DNA of 63,281 bases, counting the filler, from Lenisia limosa (taxonomy: Eukaryota > Protista > Breviatea): the NCBI GenBank assembly GCA_001655205.1. It is 16 parts of 16 records of this genome, joined end to end, with 100 filler letters (N's around TTAATTAATTAA, not from the genome) between each part and the next. Parts side by side here need not be neighbours in the genome. Positions count along the whole stretch, not along the records: positions 45,461 to 47,625 come from LPNZ01001013.1; positions 47,726 to 50,434 come from LPNZ01001160.1; positions 50,535 to 55,510 come from LPNZ01011463.1; positions 55,611 to 58,360 come from LPNZ01003637.1; positions 58,461 to 63,281 come from LPNZ01004921.1; 11 more parts are not named here. One strand, written 5' to 3'. Position numbers and translations under genes: made by a program. Positions 46,523 through 58,734 of the stretch are shown here, piece after piece; position 1 is the stretch's first letter; every line of letters begins with the position of its first letter. The notes below the pieces were generated by a model. It was not told the origin of the DNA. It did no database searches and was given only the letters and a program-made list of their open reading frames with translations.

Positions 46523-47386
46523 ATGGGCAAATACGTCTACCGAGTCGTCCCCGGTAAAATAGAAGCAACGAACGCGGAGTACCTCTCAGTTGCAGAGGTG
46601 GACGTGTTGCCCCAAGGACACGTGCCCACGTCGTTGTTGAAGATCGGCGTCGAGGTAGAAGTTTTGTCGTCGCACTACCGCAGCTTCGACCTGGAGGTCG
46701 CCCAAACCTGGCGGGTTGTGTCGATACGGAAGGTGGAGCAACGCGGTGCAACCGTAATGCGGCAGTCCCTAAACAACGAGCATCGTTCTGCAATCCTTGT
46801 CGTTGTGCCGGTCAACTACAGCATGGTGGTTGTTGACGGCAACCACCGGCTGGCGGCCTTTGAGCATTACGGTTCCGGCGCCGTAAGTGCGGGCCTGGCA
46901 CGCCACGTCGTCAACGGTCAACTCCCAGTGAGGGTCGACGTCTTGAGCGACACCTCAGAAGAAGCTCTCAAGGCGCATTCCTTGCGGCTAAACTACGTAA
47001 GCCGCGTGGAGTACGACAGCAGCTCCAAGGAGGAGTTGCTCTTTGGTTCCCTCCTCCTATATGCCGCCAAGTGGAAAAAGGAACCGGCCTCCAAGTTGGA
47101 GACGGAGTTTCTTTGGCATCTATGCCCAGGAAAGAAGGGCCACCTCCACCTTCGGAGGGGCCTACGTAGCGTGGCCATCCATAACTGCCTTAGGCGGTCG
47201 TCTTCGACGTCGGCCATGGCAAGTACATGGTGACAAGCTCGTCACGAAACTTCCCAGGCTATTGTTCGCCGTGGATACCCTCTGGATGCACCGGACGAAT
47301 GGAAACGCGACTACGTCAAGGTGTTTGGAGTGCCCTTCCAGAAAGCCGTCAACAAATCGTTTCTCAGATTGTCCTTCATTGTATAA
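46523..47386 (+). pseudogene. ParB/sulfiredoxin-superfamily domain ORF with one in-frame TGA (possibly disrupted)
   Basis: IRKVEQRGATVMRQSL...SAILVVVPVNYSMVVVDGNHRLAAF is the ParB/Srx DGxHR motif. The ORF stops at TGA 47231-47233, but the same frame stays open for 50 more protein-like codons to TAA 47384-47386. Upstream exon candidates (46030-46520) do not join in frame. Confidence 0.65.
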
Positions 47387-47859
47387 GCAATCAAAATACC
47401 TGGAATAATCATGAAAAAAAAGTTCAAATATTTCATACTATACACGATACTGTGTATGACTATCATATGACAAATTTATATATCATATTATACATATATC
47501 AATACGACTAAGTTATAAATTATCTGAAGGGAAATGAGACTTTTCTGGTCAAGACTTACTATGGCCACATATCGATAATTGTATATTATGATATCAGGCT
47601 CCAAATGTCAGTCAAGCGATATTAANNNNNNNNNNNNNNNNNNNNNNNNNNNNNNNNNNNNNNNNNNNNTTAATTAATTAANNNNNNNNNNNNNNNNNNN
47701 NNNNNNNNNNNNNNNNNNNNNNNNNTTTGTCCACAGTGATAGTCTTTAGGAACCCAAATCAAATACTCTGGCTTTTACCCCCTCACGGTTCTTCTGTGGT
47801 TGCAATAATCAGGTTTTCTTGCTCAAACAAAGCGCTCAGCTCATCTCGAGCTTTTTGTT

Positions 47860-50030
47860 CGGTTTTTTCTACACAATGTTAAAGGCGACGGAAGAGGGGG
47901 CAAAAAGTCCATCTTGATATGGATCTAAAAAAGCAAATGTATTCAGCGCAAAGTAACGAAAATCATGCTCCTTACTAGCAGGCATCATGAGGCCTTCAAC
48001 CACGTGCTTGGGGAGTAAAGACATGAGCAGGTTACGTGACAATGAGAACTCCTCCAGAAGCTAACTCATGAGAAACAGTAAAAAGTCAACATCATCGGTC
48101 GAAACAATTATGCATACCCGACATGATTGTGGAAATTGCACCCATCTTAACAGCATACCTGGGCTTGGATAAGGTAGCGGCGACGGTAGTGGCTCTCCAG
48201 ATTATGCCCCACGATTGAAGCCATAAGGAATACGGAGAGTATGCAGGACAGCCGAATGACTGAAATGTGAGCAGTTGGAATTGTTGGGGTTTCTTTTTGG
48301 TCCAGAAAGGACCAATATGACATCGATACTATCGGAGATAAAAAAATAGGTCATTTTAGTACCATAGGGAAGTAAACTATGAAGAAGCTGGAGTTTAACC
48401 CAGTTGTTCAGCAGTGTTAAGATTATACATATGATATAGTATAACTTACTTATAGGAGCAACGGGCTGAGCGAAGTGAATGGAAAGTCCAATATTAGCCA
48501 AGAAGTACAGAAAAAAGGCTAACATCTAAACCATGAGATGAAGGAGAGTTCTGTAAGAGATTTCTTCTACTTCTTTCCAGTCCAAACGTCCCTGGTAAAG
48601 TAGCAACAAATAATCCTTTTGGGTTTGTATGAAAGCCTAATAGAAACAATTGAGTACCAACGCATACCGGACGCCAAACCGGGGTACGGGTGGCTGTAAG
48701 GACAACATTGGCACAACTAATCACCTAGAAGTTCAGTCATGCCAAGTGCACCATTATGATTTTGCAGTAAGCGTTCCCTCTCATTCCAAACAAGAAAAAC
48801 AAACTTTAAAACAATAAATCGTTTCTACACCCTTCTCACTTGAATCGAATTATAGCCTGGGCCATAATCAAGGTTTTCCCATCCATTGTAGACCATGGTG
48901 GTGTCCATTACAAGGAACCAGCAGACAATAAACAGAATTGCTAGGGGGGTGAAATCATGAATTGTGAAGATTCGCAGCACAAAAACAGTGAAGGATAGAA
49001 GAACCGAAGTAACGCCCATCTTACAAGCATGGTAGTGATGTTGGACAAAGGACGGCGCGATACGAATGACAGCAGCAAAAAAGCCCATAACAAACGTGTA
49101 CGTCAGTACCACAATTCCGGTCCACTTACGGGCACTAGAGATGTCAGCGAAAAGGGCTTTAAGTTGGTTCAATAAGACGGTTAAAGATGAGTTGAGGATA
49201 AAGTCAGTCTTGTTGTCTTGTCAAAAACAGACGATACCCAGCTTTTGAATTTTCCTCATTTGAAGAGACCCACTCACTCGGTAGCAGTGATAGAACTGAG
49301 ACCATAGATAAAGGCAACAAAGCAAATTACCATTGACACAGATCGCATTATCCTACAGCAAATTACAATACAATAATGATGTAACATATGAATCTGAAGT
49401 GTTCCCGACAAATACTAACGTGAGAATGCAGGGGGTAATGCATGGTTCACACTAGCACATACCAATAATATCAATACATAATATGATATGTACAAAATAT
49501 CAACTGCAATGATAACAATGATCCCCCCCCCCCCCCNNNNNNNNNNNNNNNNNNNNNNNNNNNNNNNNNNNNNNNNNNNNNNNNNNNNNNNNNNNNNNNN
49601 NNNNNNNNNNNNNNNNNNNNNNNNNNNNNNAGCCAGACTGACTTCAACTTCGGCTGCACCCCAGCCGGTTTCAACATCTTCGTTCTACAGTGTGAGATAA
49701 TTGTTTTTAAAAAAAGAGTATGATAAAAGCATGAAGCTGCATAAGCCTTATACTTAAAATAAACTCACAAGTCTTTTCGATGACTTTGTCGCATGGAACC
49801 TGAGCGTGAACCGTGAGGGAAATACCCGCTTCAAAATCGCTTCTGAAGATTCTGTGGAAGTGTACCATGCCTGAGGGGTCAAACAAAAAGAAAGTAAAAA
49901 TTTCAATGATATATCTTGTACATTATTTACAACCACATGTAACAGGAAACAAGAGGATAATGCCATTATTCTCCAAAAGTGGCGTAGATTCAGACAAGCG
50001 TACTGAATCGAGCTGTCTGGCTGCAAGTTG
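47860..50030 (-). CDS. Multi-pass transmembrane adenylyl/guanylyl cyclase-type protein (partial; catalytic domain beyond scaffold end)
   Basis: Hydrophobic TM exons followed by HNLESHYRRRYLIQAQ|LLEEFSLSRNLLMSLLPKHVVEGL, the LLxxLLPxHV helical segment that precedes class III cyclase domains. Confidence 0.65.
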
Positions 50031-50749
50031 AGGAGCACCGCGTGTTGGTTTAGTTAAAATAGGTTCGCTCCGGTGGTCACCCGAGGGTATTATGTCAATG
50101 GGTGGGAGGCCTGGGGGGAGGGGGACATAATTGAAAGCGATGGTAAAATATCAAAAAAAAGTGTGTGCAACTATTGATGCAAATGAACTATTTGATGCTT
50201 TATTTTCATTCAACACAGGTGGAGATAACTGTAGTACAAAACAGGGGGGGTCTGCATCAGATGGATAATTTAGGTGTCGGCAGCACCCATTGCTTATGAG
50301 CCACACTTCTATCGAAAAAAATGCCCTTCCCATACCTTCGGAGGGGGGTAGCGAGTTATCGGCCACTTTGATGTCGGAATCATCGAGACGGTTGCGGTGA
50401 TGCAGGGAGAGGAGTGACGTCGAGTTTTTGAGGGNNNNNNNNNNNNNNNNNNNNNNNNNNNNNNNNNNNNNNNNNNNNTTAATTAATTAANNNNNNNNNN
50501 NNNNNNNNNNNNNNNNNNNNNNNNNNNNNNNNNNAAAACAAACAAAGACCAGGCCAGTCGCTTCTGCAGGGTCAAAAGCAACAACACAAATAAAGCACAG
50601 GGCATGTGTGGGGGTTGAATTAAAATGATGGGAGCTTTTGAGTTAGAGTGAAAAAATGGTTAACAATTGGACACTTTCAGGATTTATGTAGAATTAAGTG
50701 ACACAGTCTAAGAATGGAGTTACACAGAAAAAGCTGACACCTGGGTTAC

Positions 50750-53700
50750 AAACCTGAATAGCAGCGGAGGAATCACCCTCCGAGATTCTATCGGAAATGT
50801 CCAGAAGGGATTGTGAGTCAATAGCCTTGGGGAGGACTTCGACTGTTGTTGACCAGTATGACACGGCTCGGACGGAATCACTAAGGGAAATAATGAGTTG
50901 TTTTATTGTGTAGTTATTGTATTTGTGTAGTTATTAGAAAAGAATGAGTCCTTTTTGTGTAGTGAGTTGGGAATTGATGTTCTACATTTATTCTGATTCT
51001 TTCCCATTGCAATTCCTCAAATATTGTGCAACATGCCCCCCTCCCGTAAGAAAACAGCCACACACATACACACATATTTTCTGTATGTCTGAGATATATA
51101 CATATATATCATATACATATCTAATATTATATACATTTATTTTAAAAGTATTTCACAACATTTAACCAATGAAGGCCCAAACACACCTGATTGCCACTAC
51201 AAGAGAGTAATTACCCGAGGGTAGCGGTCCTTCCATAATTGACGAGGTAGATTGAGCGGAGAGTACCCGTCCTTTCGAGGAAATGTTGCTGGTGGTAACT
51301 GCGAGGCGTGTAGGCAGACGAAGGAGCTAAGGGGCAGGGAGTGAAATATGAGGTAGAAAACGACTTTGTACCCATCAAGGGAGTCCTTCGGTAAGACAAA
51401 AGACCGAGTTTCTCGATAAATCTTCGAAAACTATCGATATTTTACAGTTGTTTTCGAAGAAGTGAAGTAAAATAAAACCCACAGAGTACTCGAGGTCCCC
51501 AGAGAGGTCAGAGGACCAGTTGTCACACTCAACCGTGACGGTGGTGGACACAGCCGTGATTTTGGCTCCTTCTACACAGAGTTACCCTCGGTAACTAAAC
51601 AGAAAAACACTCGCTACTAGGCGTAACTTATCATTAAGCCTATTAGCCTCACGTAGGGCTTCACTTCGGTTCAAAAAAAAAAAGACTGACAATCTCGATA
51701 AAACCTCAAAACCTATCGATATTTTCCCAGTCTTTTCGTACTGAAGTGAAGCCCTGGCCCCAACACCACCCTCATACTATGAGAGATTGAGCAAGAACCT
51801 CCATAAGGCGGGTACGCAACAGAGAAGGAAACCGANNNNNNNNNNAAAACATTTAATCAGGGTGAAGAGAAGAGGAAGAGAGAGAGAGAGAGAGAAAAGT
51901 CATGAAATATCACGAGGATTTCATTTTTACAGTTCAGTTACAAAAAAATTTATCAGGGGTGAGAAAAGAGAGAGAGGAGGGGGGGGGGGTCACAGAAAAT
52001 TGGNNNNNNNNNNNNNNNNNNNNNNNNNNNNNNNNNNNNNNNNNNNNNNNNNNNNNNNNNNNNNNNNNNNNNNNNNNNNNNNNNTCATTTCAAATATTGA
52101 ATTGAACAAAAACCTAGGGCTCAGTGCAATTAATAATGAAATTATTTGAAATAAATTGATTCAATTTGAAACTTAAAACTAAGTTCAGGCTGCCATTTTA
52201 CAATTAAAAATTAATTTCCCAAATAGTTGTAAAGAGGCCAATAAAAATCCCTTCATCAAGACCCACAGTCATAGTGCAGGTTACTTCCGAGCCAGCACTG
52301 AATGTTCCGGAGGAAATAATAAGAACCGGCTTGGTTTGGTTCGTCATTAACTCACTGTTGCAGTACCAGGCAATTCTGGGTTGTAAGATGATGGTGAGGG
52401 GTCGGGACTTGGTTAGAGTAAACCATTTTGGGTCGTTAGTAGATAGTTCCCCATACATCTAATATGTCCATTCCTACTTGTAACCATTTCAACATTAACG
52501 GAATGTAACGTCCCACCCTCTTACGAGAAACCGGAGGCGGTAATGTCGGCGATAGATGAGACACCATGATCAAGATGAGCAGGAAGGATTACGCGACCTA
52601 AATCGTAAAAAATAGTTTATAGAGTTGATGATCAGTTTGGAGAACAAAAAGCATCATATGTATGACATTGTCAAAAAACAAAAAGTGACAAATCTGGAGG
52701 GTTATGTGAGTGAGTGGGCTTTTGAGCCCAAAGATAACACAATTACCTTGAATTACTAGGTCTTTTGTTGAGGAAACAGTGTCACTAACAGCGTCGATGT
52801 AGACCTGGGTTAATCAGTAATAAACAATGTAGACCTGGGTCAATCAGAACAGTAAACAATGTATCTGGGTTAATCAGCAATACATCAGTAATGACCGATG
52901 TTTACATGGGGTTACGTGTCTAATACTACGGATAGATGCAAATAATAATCACATTTCATATCAAATACAGGCATCCCTGCAGGAAAAAAATGAATACTAC
53001 TACTTATCTATACGTCGCCAATGCCAATTAATATGACATTTGCCAGTCGTTTTCAGACCATAGAGAAGCCTGAATAGACACTTCGCATACCACTGGAGAC
53101 CCATCCGAGAGGACCTCAACATCTGTTGTCAGTGTGAGTGTACGGTTGAAGACTGCACGGTACACTGAAACCTACAGCAAAATTACTGGGTGCACAAAGA
53201 CGCTGATGTATGGCGAAACCATATTAATGTCACACAATATGTATGTAATATAGCATTACTAGCTATATTATATTGTCACAACATGTACTGTATCTGAACT
53301 AGCTATATTATTAATGCACTTCTGAGCTATATTAATGTCATTACGCTTGAAATTATTAGTTTGACTTCCGTGAAATCATTCCTACACCCCCACTTTAGCC
53401 CCCCGCTCCCCCAACTTGAAGAGAGAAACTGGAGGCAACCAGGAAAGAGCTTGGCAGTACAATTATCGACGCATTTGTGACCGTGGCCCTAAAATATCAA
53501 AGCGAAAATGTCATCAAAAAGCGATAAAATAGCAGCACAAAATCCCTCAATTGTCAAAACAACGCTACAATATTAGCAAACAGTAATAAAAATAATAAAA
53601 AAGAATCAAGGTACCCACCACCACCTTTCCATAGATTCATCTCCCGCCCCCAAACGCTAAAGCATTTGAACACGCATCTGCAGGAGACGATGTGAGGCAG

Positions 53701-55300
53701 CTCCACGAGTAAGTGGCAGGGTCTTTGAACTTTTCATATTCACNNNNNNNNNNNNNNNNNNNNNNNNNNNNNNNNNNNNNNNNNNNNNNNNNNNNNNNNN
53801 NNNNNNNNNNGTGAATTTCTTAGATAATTGCGATATGACTCTCTTTCCTCCCAACATTCTACTATTGCCACTCAACTTAATCCTAACAGCCTAACAGCCT
53901 CTTGAGGTTTTGTTTTTGTTTCATAAACTTTTCAATTAACCGGCTCACCTTAATCCTAATATTGCTGGAGGCTGGGCTGGCCACATCACCACCGTAAACA
54001 AAGCCTGTCAGATCCGACACAGTGGGGGTGAGCGTCAAGGAGCCTGATGTCATCTGCGCAGTTATGAGAATCTGTGTTAATGTTCCTGGAATTGGGCGAA
54101 ATTCCAAGTTACCGTTGTTATCTATGATATGGTATGAACGAGTGCTGAAGGCTTTGGTTGTTGATTGTCGAAATACAATTTGCGCTTTGTCACAAACAAA
54201 TTTCTTACGACAAACCACCAGATAAAAAATGGAGAAACCAAACTCGTATCTGGCCGAAGCTGTCCGCAACATTATGCATATAATACAAAATTGTAGTGGT
54301 AGTATTTGGTCGAAGCCGTTCACAACATCATTACGCTGGGACGATGTTCTAATTCTAGCAGCACCCTTAAAAGACAGCCCGTCAAATCTTACCATTACTC
54401 CCTGGGCGGAATTGACAGTCATCGTAATAACACGGTTCGTGGTTCCATTGAGAGCACCAGACGGGATAACTTATAAGTTAATAGTGGCATTTTGAGATTT
54501 CCCATCTTAACCCCCCCCCCCAAGCTTGGAGTCATAATGTCNNNNNNNNNNNNNNNNNNNNNNNNNNNNNNNNNNNNNNNNNNNNNNNNNNNNNNNNNNN
54601 NNNNNNNNNNNNNNNNNNNNNNNNNNNNNNNNNNNNNNNNNNNNNNNNNNNNNTAGTGCCTTGGAACATTGATTTTGTTGACTAAGTCTGAAACATGGAG
54701 CAATGTACCCCAAATACTCAATATAGCTATCTAGTGACCCATCAAGGAAAATCGTTTAACACTTATCCCGGCCACTGTACATCTCCTATTTAACACCAAC
54801 CCACCGAAGCTTGGAATCTTAACATCAACCAGACTGAATCCGTTGAGCTCTGGACCGGATGTTAAGGCCCAGGTGTAAACAAAGGCTGTGGTGTTGGAAC
54901 ATGGATCTTGAACTCTCGTCTGGTGAGGGTTAAATTGGAAAGTTTATGAAACAAAAAAATTGAAAACGAAGGAAATTTCGATGAAGAATATTGGCGTAAA
55001 GGTACTAAGGGGGAGGAGGGGGGGAGTAAAATTGGATAATTAATGAAACAAAAAAGCTCAAAACAACTCTGCTGGCTAACACACGATCCTGATCTGAAAC
55101 CCCACCCCTCCCTTGCCCCCATCCTCGACCCTTATTCCCACCTTAATTTGCAGGGAATCTTCAGGACGATGTACCAGGGTTTGACCATCGACAAATACAA
55201 TTTTGGGGACGCCAGCTGAAAGGACCTTTGTGGGGTGAGACCAAAATAAACAAAAATATAATATGATATAATACACTATCTACTATCATTAATATACAGT
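50750..55300 (-). CDS. REJ/PKD-like extracellular beta-rich protein (multi-exon, partial)
   Basis: Exons VYTWALTSGPEL, VLIISSGTFSAGSEVTCTMTV, TTVTVECDNWSSDLSGDLE and IDNNGNLEFRPIPG resemble REJ-module patterns. Confidence 0.5.
52795..52880 (-). repeat. ~31-bp tandem repeat spanning a 3' splice junction
   Basis: Minus-strand units CTGATTAACCCAG|GTCTACAT; the last unit is the predicted acceptor of exon VYIDAVSDTVSSTKDLVIQ. Confidence 0.8.
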
Positions 55301-55677
55301 GACCGGGATACACAGCTTTTTGCGAGCCTCCCCAGTATACCCCAGCTAATAATAGTTAGCAATCCTCACCCTGACGTCTTTATTGTTACCCTTCCTTCTC
55401 ATAAAAATACCATTTATATCGTGAGCGGGATAAGCCTTGACCGATTTGTTTCCTTTATTAGCAAATCGGGCAAGACTTACCCCGGTCATAGTATCTACAT
55501 TCCCCCACTCNNNNNNNNNNNNNNNNNNNNNNNNNNNNNNNNNNNNNNNNNNNNTTAATTAATTAANNNNNNNNNNNNNNNNNNNNNNNNNNNNNNNNNN
55601 NNNNNNNNNNCTTATCTCAGGGTTTTGTTTCTCTCTTTTGTCTATTGACTCAGAAATCGTTTTTCACTCTCCCTCAG

Positions 55678-58267
55678 GTGACGAAGGTGCTGAGTATCTT
55701 GCACAGAGCTTAATGCATAACAAAACTCTTGTTGTGGTAGGGAGATTGGGTGATTAGATCCTTTGTTCATTATTATCATCACCTCCCTTTGATCATCGTA
55801 ATTAGTACCTATTAGGACTACCTTTCGGAAAAAACTGTGAAAATAAATATTCTTTGTTTTTTTCCTGGATATCATCCTCACAATCCTCATATATGGCCCG
55901 ATACAACCTTATTTATTTTTTTCGCATTGCTTATATCATTTGCCTGATTTTGCTCATACTCTCTTGCTTTGCTCACTCTCTCTCTTCCTCACCTTCTATC
56001 TTGTTTTGCTCTCACTCTTTTTTGCACCCACTCTTGTTTTGTTCACAATTACCTTATTTTTTTTCACTCTGGCTGATTTTGCTCACAATTTAGCTTGGCC
56101 TCTACCTCAACAACATCGGACCTGACGGTATGGGTTTCCTCTCCCAGGCCCTAGCCCGACACTCCAGCATCAATCAAGTGGGGGTTTCGGTTTCATTAGG
56201 AAATACTTATATACAACTTGGCTTTTTTTTTTTTTTTTTTTTTNNNNNNNNNNNNNNNNNNNNNNNNNNNNNNNNNNNNNNNNNNNNNNNNNNNNNNNNN
56301 NNNNNNNNNNNNNNNNNNNNNNNNNNNNNNNNNNNNNNNNNNNNNNNNNNNCTCGCACGCGCCTTATCCACAAACAGCAGCATCATTTCAATCGATCTTT
56401 ACGGCAACTCTATTGGGGACGAGGTGAGCAACTGGTAACATAGTTACCATATGAGGAGGTGTCACTCTGACACTTACACTGCGGTACATCGACTTGGTAT
56501 ACCCTAATATATGTATGGAAATCCCATACATTTCCATAAAATTCCATGGGATTCCCATGTACAATATGGGAATTCCAAACGTTTTCCACAAGAATCCCAA
56601 GTCGATGCACCGTAGTGTACCAAATGAGTTGTTTATACTTATACACATCCTGATAAGCGATGGTGGTGTATGGTACAGCTTGGTCTTCAAATGGGGTGAT
56701 GATGGAAAGCTCAAAGGTGACTCCGTAGTTACCTTATAAGGAAGTCTATGCTCTTACGCTTTCCACTTGGGGTACTTTTTTACTTACCATATTTGGAAGG
56801 TTATGTATACTCTGACACTCATCTTATTAGGGAGTCGAGTTTCTCCAGGCAGGCATTAAGAGCAACAGTATGGTTCAGGTTCTAGACCTTTCCAACAACA
56901 ACATCACTGAAGAATCGTCCCCTGTCCTAACAAAGTTAATAAAGGTGGGGAAGCGAGGTAGAAATGGGGGCTTTTGAGCAAAATAATACATTATCAGTAT
57001 TATACTAAATACAATCAAGGGATATTATATCATGGGGTTGAATTGGTGGTAATTTTCGTTTTTGGGTATCTTAGGGCTGCTCTAATTTGTTACAATCTCA
57101 TTTTTACGCCCTATTTGTATTCCTTGTGTCATTAATGTTTTATTACTCTCAATGAACCATCCTCCCGTTTTACAGTTTAGGCCAGTACGCTATCGCGTCT
57201 CTCAGTGGACCAGAACAGCATTGGCTCTGATGCTGCTCTCGAAATACTGACGGTTCGTGGCGTCGGGGGGTAAAATAAGCCCCTGTTTTTTTAAAACTCT
57301 TGCTTATCATAACCCTTACTCAAAACCTTTGCTCAAACCCTCGCTCAACTCCTTATAATCCAATATCTCTTATAAACGTGATAACTTCGACCAGATACAA
57401 CCTGTAGTTCTCATCGATAATTACATATTTATACACAAATGAGTACAATGTTTCATTTGTACGTTGATGGAACGTTTTTCTCACTCACATCAGGCCGTCT
57501 CCCCCAGCACGAGAATCAAACAACTTTCTTTGCGGTAAGTTTGGCATACTCATCATATTGTACATCAAACAATATGTTATTGTGTTACTAATCATATGAT
57601 TGTGTTCATCGTTCTTAATTATACATATCATATATACATACATATGCATATGTGTATATTATTAGGGCTTCGTGCAATTAATTGAAAAAAGATTTGCAAA
57701 ATTTGAAGTGCGACGTATTGTGATGTAAACTCAATTTGAGACTCTTTATTTTTCAAATTTTTTCATTTAATTTTTTCCAAAAACTAATTGCACGGATCCC
57801 TAATTGTTAACCCTATGATATATAACATATCATATAGTATATAGATACCCCTTTTCTGTTTTGTTATTGGATTGATCAAATCACTTCCTTTGCGGTTTGT
57901 CATATTGTGTTATTATCATATGACTTCATATAATATTTTTATCAAGGCTCACTTCCTTATCAAACCTTTTTTATTTTTGGTATCACTGCGTGGAAAATGA
58001 TACCCAAATAGTGATACGATATTGTATTTCGCAATTGGAAGAATCAAACAGAGTTGAAGTTTGATTATCATATTGTGTTATTACAAATTAATCTTATTTG
58101 CTTTAATACTACAAAACCAAAATTCATATACATGTCCAGTGCTAAAACACGAATATCTTTTTCATTTTTTGCCAAACCCTCACATATCCAGGGCTGTAGG
58201 CTTTACAGACGCTAATAAGGCTGCTACTATTCCGAACCTCCTCTCGCACAACTTCACTATAGTCGAG
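55678..58267 (+). CDS. RNI-like leucine-rich repeat protein (multi-exon, partial)
   Basis: GDEGAEYLAQSLMHNKTL; LGLYLNNIGPDGMGFLSQAL; NSSIISIDLYGNSIGDE; NSMVQVLDLSNNNITEE; LSVDQNSIGSDAA. Confidence 0.88.
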
Positions 58268-58734
58268 GTTTGTGGGGCTGGGGGCTTTCTTATGATTGAT
58301 TATAAGGGACACACCTTCCCCCACAATACGGTGTATTCCCATACCCTCCTCCGCATTCCCNNNNNNNNNNNNNNNNNNNNNNNNNNNNNNNNNNNNNNNN
58401 NNNNTTAATTAATTAANNNNNNNNNNNNNNNNNNNNNNNNNNNNNNNNNNNNNNNNNNNNGAATCACACAAATACGCAATACCATGTAAATTGTACTTTG
58501 TAAGATCTCTGATGTGATTATGTGGATGGATTCGGCCATACAACTGTTGATAGATAATGTATCATATGGCAATAACAGTATTAGTCTTCAAAAATAGGCC
58601 CTAACCAGGGACCGCAGTCTGGCAATTATGATATTTTTTTCAGAGATCAAGAAAATGCAATTTTCTGTAATTCTACATCTGCAAAAAACCGACCACACCA
58701 AGCGCACCTCCTCCTTGAACCGCTCATTCCGGAG

